Made by a program: the position numbers and the translations under genes. A stretch of DNA of 64,000 nt from Lingula anatina. Taxonomy: Eukaryota; Animalia; Brachiopoda. The notes beneath the pieces were generated by a model. It ran no database searches. It was not told where the DNA came from and worked only from the letters and a program-made list of their open reading frames with translations. Where the stretch lies: the NCBI GenBank assembly GCA_051362555.1, contig CM120642.1:17546001-17610000 (forward strand), written 5' to 3'. Of the stretch, positions 10,908-25,600 are shown in pieces (within the stretch, counting starts at the first letter, position 1; the number at the start of each line of letters is the position of its first letter).

Positions 10908-13900
10908 ACAGGCCCGCAGCCAGGGGGAGTTCAAGAGGTTCGAAAGAACCCCCTTTTGCTGAAAAAAGGTCCACTCTGGGTTGACATAAGTACATGGGGA
11001 TTTTTCGGTAAAAGGTCCACTTTTTCAGAAAAAGACCCCCCCCCCCTTTGAAATTGCTGGCTACGGGCTTGATAAATAAATAAATATATTATTTAAAGAA
11101 TTAAGTAAATAATTAAATGACATTAAGAATCAAATAAAAAAGATAAAAATTAGATGGTATAAATCATTAAATAAAAGATAAATTATTTCAAATAATTTAA
11201 TAAATAAATTATGATTTAATAATTAAATGAATAAATCGCTGTGAAGAAATAATCATTGTCGCAACTAACGCGGTGAGTGTCTACCCATTATCAAAGGCCA
11301 CAGATAGATTTTCACTAGTTACCAGTATAGACAGATGTGTATCTGGTTATTTGATGGGACCTTTTGGCACGCGCGTTAGGGGAACGAGCACATTAACTAA
11401 CTTCTTTTAAGATTAAAGTGAGTGTCCTATCATTTGAAAGCCAACAAAATATTTCATTCCACATTAGAGAAATTAGCCTCATAATTACATTTGTAATTTT
11501 ATAACTGGGTTTATGTAACTCTTCGCTGTTCAGTAACAGTTATAAAGGAAAGTTAGATTTTGCTTGTATGAAACACTTTTTATTTTGATAAAAATCGACT
11601 GCGCATGCAGCATATTGATATAAGGCTTTCGATGATGATTGTGCATGAAACGTCAAGTCATTTTTCCTTTTTCATAATAGTGCTGGGCACCCAGGTGTTG
11701 AATCTTTTACTCGACGTGCATCTCCTAATATTGTATAGGCATGATTTCAGGTTGTTCGGCAGCGATGACGATTGCGTTCAAAATGGGTTGTTTGCAGCAA
11801 GACGCCCTTATGCTTTGTGATATATGTGAATAAACCTAGCTTACTAAATAACTATTACCAAAGTGAAGCATGGCTTTAGGTTAAACAGTCCAAGATTTAT
11901 TCAATATGGGCAGTTAACTTGGACCAGTCTTGTTTCATTAACTTTGCGAATGAAAGTCTCCGTCGTCAACGTAAATTTCCAATATGATTTTACATCACTT
12001 ATCTGATTTAACAATCTTATTGTTTAGGTTTTGTTTAAGGTTGTGTGAGAAAAGATAATGATCGCGTTTAACAATAGATTGAGGGCTACAGTAAGTCCCT
12101 CCTCTTTGGGCGATGTCGAAGACTGTTAATTCAACGTACTTTAATAAACATGTAGTGAGACCACACTGTCAGCCATCCCCCTTGTTGCACGTTGCAAGCG
12201 ATTTGTCTCATAACTATGACAAGGCGTTCTTTATTCTCGTTGTTGTTTAAAAACGGACCACTTTGTCAGGGCTAATTGCTTAGCATATGTACTTAGCTCT
12301 TTGTAAACGCTAAGATATGAATGTTATACCGGGTAGTTGGATGTTTTGCCCGGGCGCCGCACTTATGCTTTCTTACTAGAGCGATCTAGAACAACTAAGG
12401 CTCTGTTCTCACAACTTTTAGATCGATCTATCACCGCGGGGAGTCTCACTAGATTACTGTCAGATATTCCCCCTTAAGTGTCCGTCCCCGCCTACTACAA
12501 GCTTTAAGGGGTAATTAACTTTCGTGTCCGCCCGGCTGACAGCTATTTAGCGTGAACCCCCAGGGAGTTAGGTCGATCCAATGTAGGTCGATCTAATCTA
12601 TGAGAATGGGGTGTAAGTCGCTAGTTTTCCCTGTTTGTAACTGTAGCAAAATATGTTCGACATGCCGTTTCTGCACGACAGCCGGAGACACAGTAATTGT
12701 ATTAGGCATGGTTTAAGCTTGTTCGAGAGATAATAACAGTCGCGTTTAACAAAAGATAGTAAGACCCCCTCCTCTTTAACTGATGTCTTACACTGTTAAT
12801 ATTGACCGCACTTTCATATATTATGTAATACACTGTCAGACTTTCCCCTGTTGCACGTTGGCGTTGGATTGTACTTGTGCCTCTGTCAATGCACCTCATT
12901 TAGTTTAAATATTTTTACCGCATAAACCTTTGTGGTTTAGAGTTATTAGTTTAGTAGTAGGAATAGGATGCTTGGAAAAAAAGCTTCTAGTCATCTCGCT
13001 TAGACCTAGGGTGTGATGCTGTTATCATCCGAGGAAACACCTACACTGAATCCTCTACCTGAAGTCCCTAGCTGAAACAAAAAATGACCCTTGAACCGGT
13101 CCATTTTTAAAGCGTCGAATCATTTTTGATATCATTGAGCGTCTTAAACGAAAGCTTTTAAGTGACAAAAACAGAACCGTGTGGTGATTATTTATTTAAG
13201 CGTAGGTTTATTCATCATGATCTATCTTGTAAACAATACTTGCATAGATTTTACTTGGATTGATCATCGTCACTGTTTGGCTACCCGCCTATAATGCGTG
13301 CTGAACGACAGACAACTTATAAATATTATCTGTGTTACTGTGTATATGACCACGTTAAGTTAAAATAGAACGGTGTCGGTGATTTAATCCATCCAACATA
13401 TTTATATTTCTTCTTTTAAAACCAGTGTTAGGTTAACATCAAGTCAAGGCAAGCCTTGCAGATTGATTTTGTTTAAATTTTCGTAAATTAAGTAAAGCTA
13501 AGTAAAGCCTGTTTCTAGTTCATCCACGCTATAAAACTGCATAAAGGATAACAAGTCTCTGTAGCCAATTAACTTTCACAATGTCCTGTGCTTTAGAGTC
13601 CCATGTTATACAATAAAATGAGTATGGCCTGAGAGAAATATAAATGTGAGGCCGTGTATGAAGATGTTTCAAATAATAAAAATCAAGAATTTAAACATGT
13701 TCGGTACATGCACATCACTTAATAAGTCATTTCACAAAAATGACATCTAATTAAATTTTTCAGATAAACCTCCACTTTTATCGATCTCAACGCCTTGTCT
13801 GATGTTTACATGTAGGCGGTATACTCCAATATTAATTGCGAACAATATCAACAGCGACTCGAGATCGTTGCCTGTCTTTCACACTTTTACACAAACTCAT

Positions 13901-16569
13901 GAAGGGTTAATAAAAGGATTCGCGTTGCGACATCTATCTCTTTCTTTCGGACAAGCAAATTAAGGGCTGACCCGAAGTAAGCTTTCATAACTAATTTCTC
14001 TTTGACTGTACAGGGGTATATTGTAATTACTCCACTTGGTCGCCTCCATTGTCTTGTAACAGTGACAAAGAATGTGTTTTCACACGCTAGTTTACATAAC
14101 TCCTTTACCTTGTGTCTTTATCAAGGTTATAATCAGTTTGGATAGGTTGTCTTGCCTCACTTAAAAAGGGAGTTGTTCTTCACACTGGTTGTTGCCTAAG
14201 TTATGCTAACCTACTTTGTACAATTATGGTTTTAATACATCGCCAAAATTACGACACTAGTGAACATTGTGTATCAAACGTTTTGATACGATTAAATAAA
14301 TGTGCAGGAAGGATTACGGAATGAGTTACTATTTACCTCCCCCCCCCACGCGTCCCCCCCAAAATGCTCTTTTGATTTCAAAATGAATTTGTTTTTAACG
14401 CAAAGAAGTCCAAAACCCCTTTCACGACTCAGTCATTGTACAGCATGTTGTAATCGATATTTAAAAAAGTTAATTTTTGTACCCCGCCTTTCAGTGTTTA
14501 TTGTGGTGCTTGCTTTAATCGGGGACACTGCCTGTTGAGGTTACAATTACGTCGCTAGCCTATCTCCATAGGTTACTGGAATATATCTAAGTACACGTAA
14601 AGCTTTGTAAAGTCTCTTTTGTCACACATCATAGTTATTGAATTTTGTCTTGAATGAAAAAATACCCTCAAATTATCGTTTTGTGCTTAAACATTTCATA
14701 ACTTGGACCGAAGTTTGATATACAGTGTACTGTAGCTACAATGGCATTCCTCAAGTTGCGTCTGCTGGGGGAGGGGGGCATTTAAATGGTAAACGAAGAA
14801 GTCCACCTGTAAACAGCAGCGGTTTAAATGATCGCTATCTCGGTTCCTTTTTCTTTGACAGCATCATAGAAAATGTTAAAGGAGAAAGTCACACATACCC
14901 ACAGCGTTGTTTTGTCTTCAGCATTTCCTCCTTGCTTACTGCAATTATTATCGTCAATTAATGAAACCGAGAAAGCAATTAAATGATGGCACATTGAATA
15001 TAATCACTAGGTGCATTTCGCTGAGTGTTAACAAGATCTAGCGAAACATTTTATTTCAAAATAAATTTATATGTGATTTTACCTCTGTCGTGTGTGTTAT
15101 TTCAAACAAAACGATTTCCTGAAAGACCAACTTTAAAATGTATGTCTATTCAGCAAAATAATGTAATTAAATACAACTATGAGTAATGTATTTAAACTAC
15201 GGCCGTATGTGCGATGGCCATGTGGGATTATAATTGCATACCTTGATGCAAAACAGTCTATCGTTTCTTCCACCGCAAGTCCCTTTAATTAATGTATTAT
15301 ATTACTCTTTACCCTTTTAATTTGACACTGTCTCCGTTTCTCTCCCCTTTTCCTTTCTCTTGTAAGAAGGAGGGCAAATAATTAAGCATTCGAAATATGC
15401 ATCACCAATCTTCAGAAAAGAATGAGTGAATGAACCATTGGGCTGGCCCACAACGTCCGACACAGCAGAATAAATTAAGTAACAGCTTTCACAGATTTAA
15501 CTGCATTTAGCTGTATAGCGTCACTATATACATAATCCGCTGCACGCGCGAAGCTGTTGAACAAAAGGATAGTTCTCTATGGAAGACCTTTTGTTTACAT
15601 AAGTACTCTAAGGGGGCGTGCCTACCCTAGTCACTATATTCCGTCAAAATCGTTTAGCGACCCTATCATTACCACACTCCCTCTATTGTATTTTCTGACG
15701 TTATAATTTTATCTAATCTTCTTACGTTAGATGGAATAAATGCACACATACATAATCTTATGACTGTACCCTCCTATCAGAGACGATCTTTCCTCATAAT
15801 AAAGGCGAGAAGCCTAACACACTCTAAGAGTCGCTCTCTACTCTGCACGGAATGTCCTTTTCAGGGCACCCTATATATATATAAGTGACTATAAATCTCA
15901 TACCAGGCAGGCGAGACACCTACATGTACCTTCCTATCAGAGACAATCGTTGCTCATAATTAAGGCGAAAAGCCTAAACACCCTAAGAGCCGCTTTCTAC
16001 TCTTCAAGGGGCGCTGTAAAAACACACGTCCTCAGAGGCCCAGCTCTGAATCGTGTTATTTGGGTAAAGTGGAATCTAACTAGGACATGAGCCCACCACC
16101 CCCAACACCAAAGGCGTTTTCCCTTGTGCGTCCACCTTAGCACAACAACGCAGATTCCAAGTAAGTATACTCACCATATCATCTCCCAAGGTTTTAATAT
16201 GCGTTGGCACTTATGTGTGACAAAGTTTAAGCTTATTTAGATAAAACAAAACAGATCCTAAACTACATTAAGATAAGAAAGCAAAACATATTTACCTGCC
16301 CGCTTCTCGCAAACAAACCGTCGTGATCGCCCACAGTCATCGTCTCGTATGTTTAAAGTGTCGGTTGATTTTATATACCCACACGTGCTTCTTTTTCCTG
16401 AAATCACACGATTTATCTTAGTTTGAGGACACTTTGATAACGTTCAAAATGTTCTTAAAATGTAATAAAATGTTTGTGCGCTCAAATGCTCACAAACTCA
16501 GTGAAACTCTGTTTTTGCTCCAGAGGAAATGAAAAATTTTAAAATTCCAAATGAGAAGAAATATGCTAT

Positions 16570-16616
<47 letters not shown>

Positions 16617-19600
16617 TCTTTTCAAACTAACATTGATCAATCCGTGGTGTTACGTGTGCGAGTCATGGCCCACAAGGATTAATAAAAGACCCGAGTGGAA
16701 AACAAATATATCATTAATGTAATGGAATACTCACTAATCCTACACTTGTCGTCAGAAATGGCTAGATATCTGTAGTAAGTCCCCGTCACAGAACTGAAAA
16801 TCAAAGACAAAGACCAAGCTTCAAACCAAGACGAATATCATACATAGGCATAATAAAGTTCTTAACTATACATGTATATTACATATGGTCACCATCCTCC
16901 ATTGTAAGTGCGCTTTGTATGCGTAACAGTAATTTGGGATGTCCAAATCGGTTAAATAAATAACCTATTCCGAGATATGGCTCGGACAATTTCGTTTATT
17001 GTCTCCCCTGTTGTCTCAGTTAGTGATTCAGGATACAGGATATTGTTGCTGGTATTGGGGGTTGGGGGAGGGGGGGGGGCAGCTATAGAGTAGTTCGTAG
17101 GCGAGGTCAGCGGTACCTCCATCTGTAGGCTTCAGTGTTGGGGATATTGTTTGGATATGACCCTTTTTTTCTTGTGGTGTTTTTGTTTACTAATTTATTA
17201 ATTATTATTATTATTATTGGTTATTGGGTTGGACAGGGCTTTACTTTGTACGAGAGGTACAAGCAGAGCTATGTGGGGAGGGCATGTGAATCACTGTGCC
17301 CCTCAATGGATCTGTTTTTATATATTTTGACTGCAAATATAGAGTGCAAAAAAGGTTCATTCAAGTTATATAATATTGCACAATATAAACTTTCACTAAG
17401 CCGTCGCTACTGTCGCTACTGCCGCTCCTGTACCTTGATAAAGCAACATAACTTGTTAAACAGGCAGTTTAATTGTGCATAGTTATGTTGTAAAGCAAAT
17501 TACTTACACTTTCACTAATTACAGATAGCAATTAAAGCGGAATCAAAAGAGTAAAAAGACAAAGAGTTATTGAGTGTAAGTTAAGTTTCTCCAAGAGTCA
17601 ACAAGTGTAGAACATGTTTTTAGTGTCAGAAAAAGATGGAAAAGGTCAAAGTCAGTAACAGTTAATGTGATTGGTTAATTTCATGACATATTTTAATTTT
17701 GATCATGCATTTATCACATGATAACTGAGTTTTGGATAAGGTCCAAATATGAGTAATCCAAATAATATTTTAGATATCTTTAATTGAAAACAAGTTTCTT
17801 AGGGATTACCTAATAAGGAAATGTTGCATAGTGACTTGCAACATGAGAATGGAAAATATTTTGTAATCACGCAAAGACAATGGAAAAGAAAACAAGTAAA
17901 TGCGTGATCAGTACGGAGAAATTGAGTATAAATATTTGTGAAGTTGTAAGAAGCAAGAGTCGGTGAATAAACGTTCGAAAGCTCCAAACTGCTGTCGTCA
18001 TTTCTCACTATAACAAGTGGTGGAGGAAAAATCGATCCCCGCTCTACCGAGGCAAGCGGAACGGTGATACAGTTATGGTGATAACGGCAGCAGGAGCGTA
18101 GACACCGAAGGGTTCACACCATCCACCCAAGGGCAAACATCGTCAGTGCCCCAGTGCAGCGAAAACTGAGTATGCTGGGTATTGAAAATCGCCAAAAGTC
18201 ATTATCCTAGCAACAATTAGTAACTGAAAAAAGACGAAGATGTCCTCAGATTTGACTTTAGCGCCAGAAAAGTTTACTGGTAACACAAACGAAGATGTAG
18301 AAAGGTGGTTAAATCAATTTCAAAACTATACGCAGTATAAAAAACTAGAAGATGAACAAATCACCGCCTTATTTCCTCTCTTACTGAATCAAACAGTGTT
18401 AAACTGGTACGAGTGTTTAACAGTGGAAGTACAGAAAGACTGGAAATCGCTTGTCCGCGAGTTCCGACAGCGATATGAACTGAAATCCGGAGAAACTTGG
18501 GAGAAAGCCTCAGATTTTTTCAGACGTCAACAGCTGCCAGAAGAACCAGTACAGAGTTACATTGAGTCGATGCGTCACGACGCCAAACGTGCGCGTTTAG
18601 ATGAGGGGACGGCATTTACAGTGGTAATGAATGGGTTACTCCCCGAAATCCGCCCATTTGTATTGCAAAAGGAGCCCTCTGACTTTGGTTCTCTTATGCA
18701 CCACGCGCGCATTGCAGAAAACGCTGTTCAGCCGACGAGAAGAGGTCAACGAAATGACATAAAAATGATAACAGAGAAAATAGACACTCTTCAGAGTTCA
18801 ATTAAGGACATCGCCAATGCGCAGTCTGCAATCCATATATTGCAAGAACCAAGCGAAACCAGAAATGAAACAAACTTTGAAACCCCAAGATCGAGCCCTA
18901 TAGAGTATCCAGGAAAATTCACTCCCAACACCAAAGGTCCCAGAAGTATGACACAACGCGGCAGGTATCTGCGACGCTCAGAGTACAAATTAACATCAGC
19001 TGGACATACGAACTATCCTCAACAACGAAATCAAATAAGAAAATGGCCGATGTGTCAAGGATGTGGTGAGTACACACATTTCAGAACTAATTGTTTTGCT
19101 CGCAATTTTAACTGCAATTGTTGTGGTAAAATAGGACACATAGCAAAAGTCTGTCATTCTGCACGTGTAAACAAACGGCTAAGAAAAAGAAAAAGGTTTT
19201 ATAATAAGATTGAAGATAGAAAAGTGCCAATTTCTATTATTTCCGATTACCAAGCTAATAACCTAATATCAATTCAAATCGACAAACAACATGTCAATGC
19301 TTTGGTTGACACAGGTGCCGTCATATCTTGTGTATCAGAATCTCTTTTATCAAAATTAGGAAAAAAGGATCGAAATGCATACGAAAAACCGTCATTAAAA
19401 GAAGTTTCAGTTGTTGATGGTTCTGTGGTTAAAGTTCTGGGAAAGGTAGAGTTACCTCTTTGCTTTGGAGATGTGATCATAAAACATAAAGTCCACGTAT
19501 TTAGTCAATTGCCAAGAGGTTTGATATTAGGCACAGATTTCTTAAGAAAACACAATGTGAAAATTGATTTATCGTCTGATAGCATGGCATTGCCTGATTA

Positions 19601-22600
19601 TAATTTGCTCTTACCTTTGTATAGTCCACCTGTATTAGGTTTAGTGCGTAACTTTAAATCAGAATTTATTCCACCAAGATGTGAATGCTTAATACCAGTG
19701 AAAATATCACATTCTTCCTCTGTTTCAGTAGCTTTACTAGAACCAGTACGAAAGCTCGAGTCAAAGAAAAAACTTATCGGAGCAAAATGTTTGGTTTCCA
19801 TTGATAAAAACAAATCCGCTTATAGAATAATGAACCCTGGCGATGAAAGTATTTTCATTCCCAAAAGAACAATATTAGCTGTTGCAAGTTCAGTGAGTCT
19901 GGCAAGCGTCAGTGCTTTAAATGAAATGTCAGAAGGAGATACAACACAAAAAGGTGATAGGTTATCAGATCAAGAAGCATTGCGGAATGCAGATGAATTA
20001 AATATAAACTTTGCTGATTCAGACATGAGTGAAGATCAGAAACAACAGTTGAAAATTTTGTTAGGACGTAATCGTGAAGTTTTTGCTACCAATCTATCAG
20101 AGTTAGGTTCAGCAAATATGTATCAACATAGAATTGACACAATTAATGATATTCCTGTTAAACAAACATTTTATCGTACTTCACCAAAGCTGAAAGAGGA
20201 AATTGTTAAACAAGTAGACGAGATGTTAAAACATGGCATAATTGAAGAAAGCATGAGTGAATATAGTAGTCCAGTGGTACTTGTAAAAAAGAAAAACGGT
20301 GAATATAGATTCGCAATAGATTACCGGAAGTTAAATAAAGTTACAAAACCTATGCATTGGCCACTTCCACGTTTAGATGATATTTTTGAAACAATAGGTA
20401 CATCAGGCGCCAGATATTTCTCTAGTTTAGATATGGCAGGTGCATATTGGCAATTACCCCTTGATCCTGAAACTAAACACAAGACTGCTTTCATTACACA
20501 CCATGGTCATTTTCAATTTTTGCGTTTAGCATTCGGCCTTCGTAACGCCGGTGTTAGCTACCAGGCTTTAATGAGCCACATTTTTAAAGACATGAATTGG
20601 AAAACTATCCTTATATACATTGATGATATTTTGGTCATGAGTAAAACATTTAATGATCATTTAAAACATTTAGAGTTAGTTTTTCAAAAACTGAGATCTG
20701 CCAATCTTACACTAAAACCATCAAAATGTAAATTTGCAACACCAAAAGCTAAATATTTAGGTCATGTAATAGATAAAAATGGAATAAGACCAGACGAGAA
20801 AAATCTTGAAGCCATAAAATCGTTTCCAACACCAAAAGTTGTAAAAGATGTCAGAAGTTTTCTAGGATTGTGTAACTTCTACAGAAAATTTATAAAAGGT
20901 TTCAGCAAAATAGCAGATCCCTTAAATAAACTTTTAAGGAAAGATGTACAATTCTTATGGAGTCCTGAATGTGAAGCGTCATTTCAAACATTAAAAGAAG
21001 CTTTAATGTCACCACCAATATTAGCATACCCAGATATGTCACGCGAGTTTACACTAACGACAGACGCGTCTACGATAGCTGTAGGTTATATTTTAGGTCA
21101 AAAGAATGACAACAACCATGATAGAGTTATTGCGTATGGAGGGAGATCTTTAAATAACGCGGAAAAGAACTATACAATTCATGAATTAGAATGTTTGGCA
21201 GTAATTGAAGGGATAAAGCAATTTGAACAATATTTGTCCAACAACCATTTCAAAGTGTATACAGATAATAAAGCAATTTCGTGGCTACAAAATGTGAAAC
21301 ATACATCTGGCAGGCTTATCAGATGGTCATTAAAATTACAAGGCCTAGATTTTGAAATAATTCACAGACCTGGAAAAACAAACCCAGCTGACGCATTATC
21401 GAGACGTGAATATGAACCAGTAAATGTTTTGGATACTGTTAACAACAGTCAGTTAAGAAAAGGTCATATTGACATGTGTCAAGATAAACATTGGACCCAA
21501 GCTATACTTTTCTTACCAAAACAAACAGATAAAATAATTGAACATAACTCAAGTGAATATGATGACATGAACAGTGTTGATGTTACAAATGTAAACGATA
21601 AAAAGAAATTAAAACAAGATCAACGCGAATGCCTCGAGTTTCAAGATATAATACGTTACCTAGAACAAAGTGATTTACCTAGTGACTTAAAACAAGCGCG
21701 TAAAATCATCGCAGAATCAGAACAATATGTAATGATAGATGATATTTTGTATCATCTGTATCAACCTCGTACACGCGGAATGCCAGAAAAGATGAGAATA
21801 ATAAGACAATTAGCAATTCCAGTAACACTAAGGAGTGATGTTTTACATGCATATCATGATTCATTAACAGCCGGTGGTCATCAAGGTTGTGATAGGACTT
21901 TTGCTTCCATTAGGAATAAGTATTTTTGGAAGTCACTTTATAAAGACGTCATGGAGTACGTCAAATCATGTGAAGTGTGTCAAAAGGTTAAGCATTTACG
22001 TAGAGATGCTCCAGCACCTTTGAATCCTTTACCCATAGCAGGCGTGTTTGAAAGAATGCACATGGATATATTAGGTCCCTTAATAAAATCAAAAGAAGGA
22101 TATAAGTACATTTTGTTGGTTACGTGTTCTTTTTCTAATTTTGCTGAAGCAATACCTTTGAAAACTCAGGAAGCCGAAGAAATCGCCAAGACTCTTTACA
22201 GAGAAGTGTTTACAAGATATGGTTGTCCGTCATATCTCGTTTCTGATCGAGGAAAGAATTTTTTATCTCAAATTATTCAATCGTTATGTAAATTATTCCA
22301 TATCAAGCGCTATCATACTAGTGCATGGCATCCACAAAGTAACGCAGCCTGTGAAAGAACTAATTCAATAATTGCTCAAACTTTGAGAGCATATTGTGAG
22401 AAAGATCAAACTAATTGGCCTGATATCCTTCCAGGAGTAATGATGGCATTACGTGCGACTCCTTGTACTCAGTCCACAAAGTTTTCTCCTTATTATTTAG
22501 TATTTGGACGAGAAATGCGTACACCATTAGAGAGTGATTTGATCCCTGAATGTCATGAGAATAAAAATATACCTCAGTACATTGAAGAACTGAAAGATAC

Positions 22601-25600
22601 CCTTAAAGCGGCAAAAGAAATTGCAACAAAGAATAGGGAAGCAACTCAGAAACAGTATAAAGAAAGGTATGATCTTAAATCAAAGCAACCGATTTATAAA
22701 GTAGGTGATAGAGTTTGGATATATACTCCAATGACACCTAAAGGATTAAGTTCTAAATTGTACACCAAGTACAAAGGACCATATTACATTACAAAGATAT
22801 TATCAACAGGGTGCACATATTATTTGAGAGATTGTAAAACACACAAGGAACATAAGTCGCCTGTTCATGCAAACAGATTGAAAATGTATTATGACCCTAA
22901 AGATTACAATAAATACGAAAGGCTGAATGAAAGTAATAATGAGCAAGACAACAAATCAAATGGGAATAAAACGACCAGTGAAACGCAAGATAGAGACATT
23001 CATGACAAAGAAAAAGCGGAACTTGCATCGGACAGTAAGCAAGACGCGTACGAATATTATGAAGTAGAAAAATTGTTATGTTGTAAGAATATAAACGCAA
23101 AGAGACATTACAAAGTAAAATGGAAGGGTTATAAGAACACTTCCTGGGAACCTGAAGAAAATATTTCAGATGCATTAAAAAGAGATTATCATATCAATAA
23201 GACGTTACAAGGAAGACGAAGAAAACGTAGAAATTAAAAAGGAAACACATCTCTTCGAGACGAGTTCGATAATCGATACACTGGTAAATAAAAAGATAGT
23301 ACACTTACACATTGTAAAAAAAGTACACAAAGGTCAAATGTATAATTTGAACAACAGTGAGACAGTTTAACTGAACCTTAAATGTAAACCGGTTTACTAT
23401 TTTTCTGTCTACTCTTATTTTTCTAAAAGAGGCTAAGTTAATGCAGTATACACTGAAAAAGCCATGAGCATTGACCTTTTGAAATGATGATTCTATGAAT
23501 TTTTACTGTAATGTTGTGGCAGCATCAGCACGCTCAGCGGTGTTGAGTGTAGACAATTTTGTTTCTTAAGAACTATTTAACAAAGAACATTGATCTTATT
23601 CATATGAGTAAACGTTACATGCAAACGATGTAATGCAAGTTATCACAAGGTTCACGCCACATCATATTAGAAGGCATATAGTAACCTGATAAAATACAGA
23701 CGAGATGTTTTGACAAGTCAGTCACTGACATTACGCCGGAATGCCCTAGAACAACGACCTCTTTAAGTAGTTGTCATTAATGTGTCATTCAATTTTTTTT
23801 TAGCTTTTACAATTTGAACTTAGATGTATTTTTATTTCCCACCCAAGTGGCAAGTTGCCAAAACAACACTTAGACAGCACAGCTATATCCATTAAATTTG
23901 GTTTGTTGCATATTTCTGTTCACCATGTATATTTTCAACATGAAACACAATGACTTATTTAGTGAACCTTTAAATTCAGATTCAGCTCTTCTTCAGTTAT
24001 ATTCACAATTTTTTCTCATTTTCTTGCCAAAGATATGTTATCATTTGAGATTGCTAAACATGGCTCAAACAGCAAGAGACAAGAGCAAACCTATACTTGC
24101 ATGGCAGATGCTATTCTAGCAGACGAAATATTCCTACAGATGATTCACCTCAAATATTTATTCGGGATACAGAGCTTATTGCTCGTGATGAAATTTGGTC
24201 TGTTTATCAAGGTCAGGTAATTGGCACTAATAGTGGCTTTACTTAAAAAAGTATACGTAAACGATATAGTGCTTACTTTACCGTAGTGATCATAAAATTT
24301 CGCAACAAAATCAATTAATAAGCCGAAGGAACTTATGACCACAGATTCATTCTTATTACAAAATGAAGTAATAACTATAATAATTTCGACAAGTTCATTT
24401 AAGTTTTTGTATCTACAGACTACATCTGTCAAAACATTGACATGGCTTGACAAGTATAAACATTATGATAAACAAAAAAGTTATTTTGGAACGAGTTATC
24501 CCATTGTCACTTTTCACAGCTTTTAAACCCAGAAAATTATTCAAGAACAAATATTGTACATTTTTGCGCATTAAACATGATTGTGCACTTTTCTATATTC
24601 AGTTCGAACCATTTGATCACAATGCAGATTAATTTCAATCCAAAGTGAATTTGACTTGACTTGCTACACGTGTCTTAAATAAACATAAGGCATTAATCTT
24701 TGCGAGTGAACTTTTGGTATAAGAAGTGTGTGTATGATCACAACATATTAATGACTTTATGATTCATTCTTATTGTTACTTCAATGATTTCAGACATTTC
24801 AGATTATTATTATTGACAGTGTGCGAGATGCACGGAATTAACATGACACTTGTAAGTCTTGACAAATATTATGATTTTTTTTTTAATCAATATGTACTAT
24901 CATATATAATGATGAGCATTTTATTGTGTGTTAACCATGGTCATTATTTATTAGCATGCTTTATTTTAATTACTTTACAATATTACTGCATGTTAATAAC
25001 ATATTGCATATTGATCTTATGATTGTTGGTTATCGATATTTGAACAGATGATTATTGTTATATAAAAAGTATATTTGATTGTTAATAATGATGACATGAG
25101 GCTAATGATATGCATTAAGGAAGATCCTCACATTTTGCGACTTAATTATTTATCGGTATAATTATATAAAATTCGTGTATTGAATTTGAAATGATCAAGT
25201 GTTTCTCTTATAGTCATCACAGAGGATAGCTAGAGTGTAGACAAATATGAAGATGAACATGTTCTTCATCATGAACGATGCGCTGGTCGCAACGTTGTGA
25301 TGAATGCTGTTCATTGGACAGGGAGTAGCTAACCCTATTTATGTAGCCAAATGTTAACAAGCACAACGAAGCTCTGTTTTTGCTCCAAAGTAAATAAGAA
25401 AAGTCCATATGATTGATAATTGTCATTTATTAATGACGAAGCTAATAAAATACGTAGTTACAAAACTGGGGAGATAATATAACATCTCCCCAACTATATA
25501 AGTGCCATAATATAAAATTAATAAAGTGTAATAAGTGTAACCAAATTAATGAAGAAAATTATAAGTAATAACAACAGCTTAAGGAGCAAAAAGTTGGCAC

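Noticed and set aside
17799-18008. Duplicated 69-aa minus-strand ORF (also 29178-29387)
   Set aside because: Lies inside the LTRs; the duplication simply reflects LTR identity.
23400-25430. env-like gene in the Gypsy 3' region
   Set aside because: Only short AT-rich ORFs with no signal peptide, furin site and TM combination.
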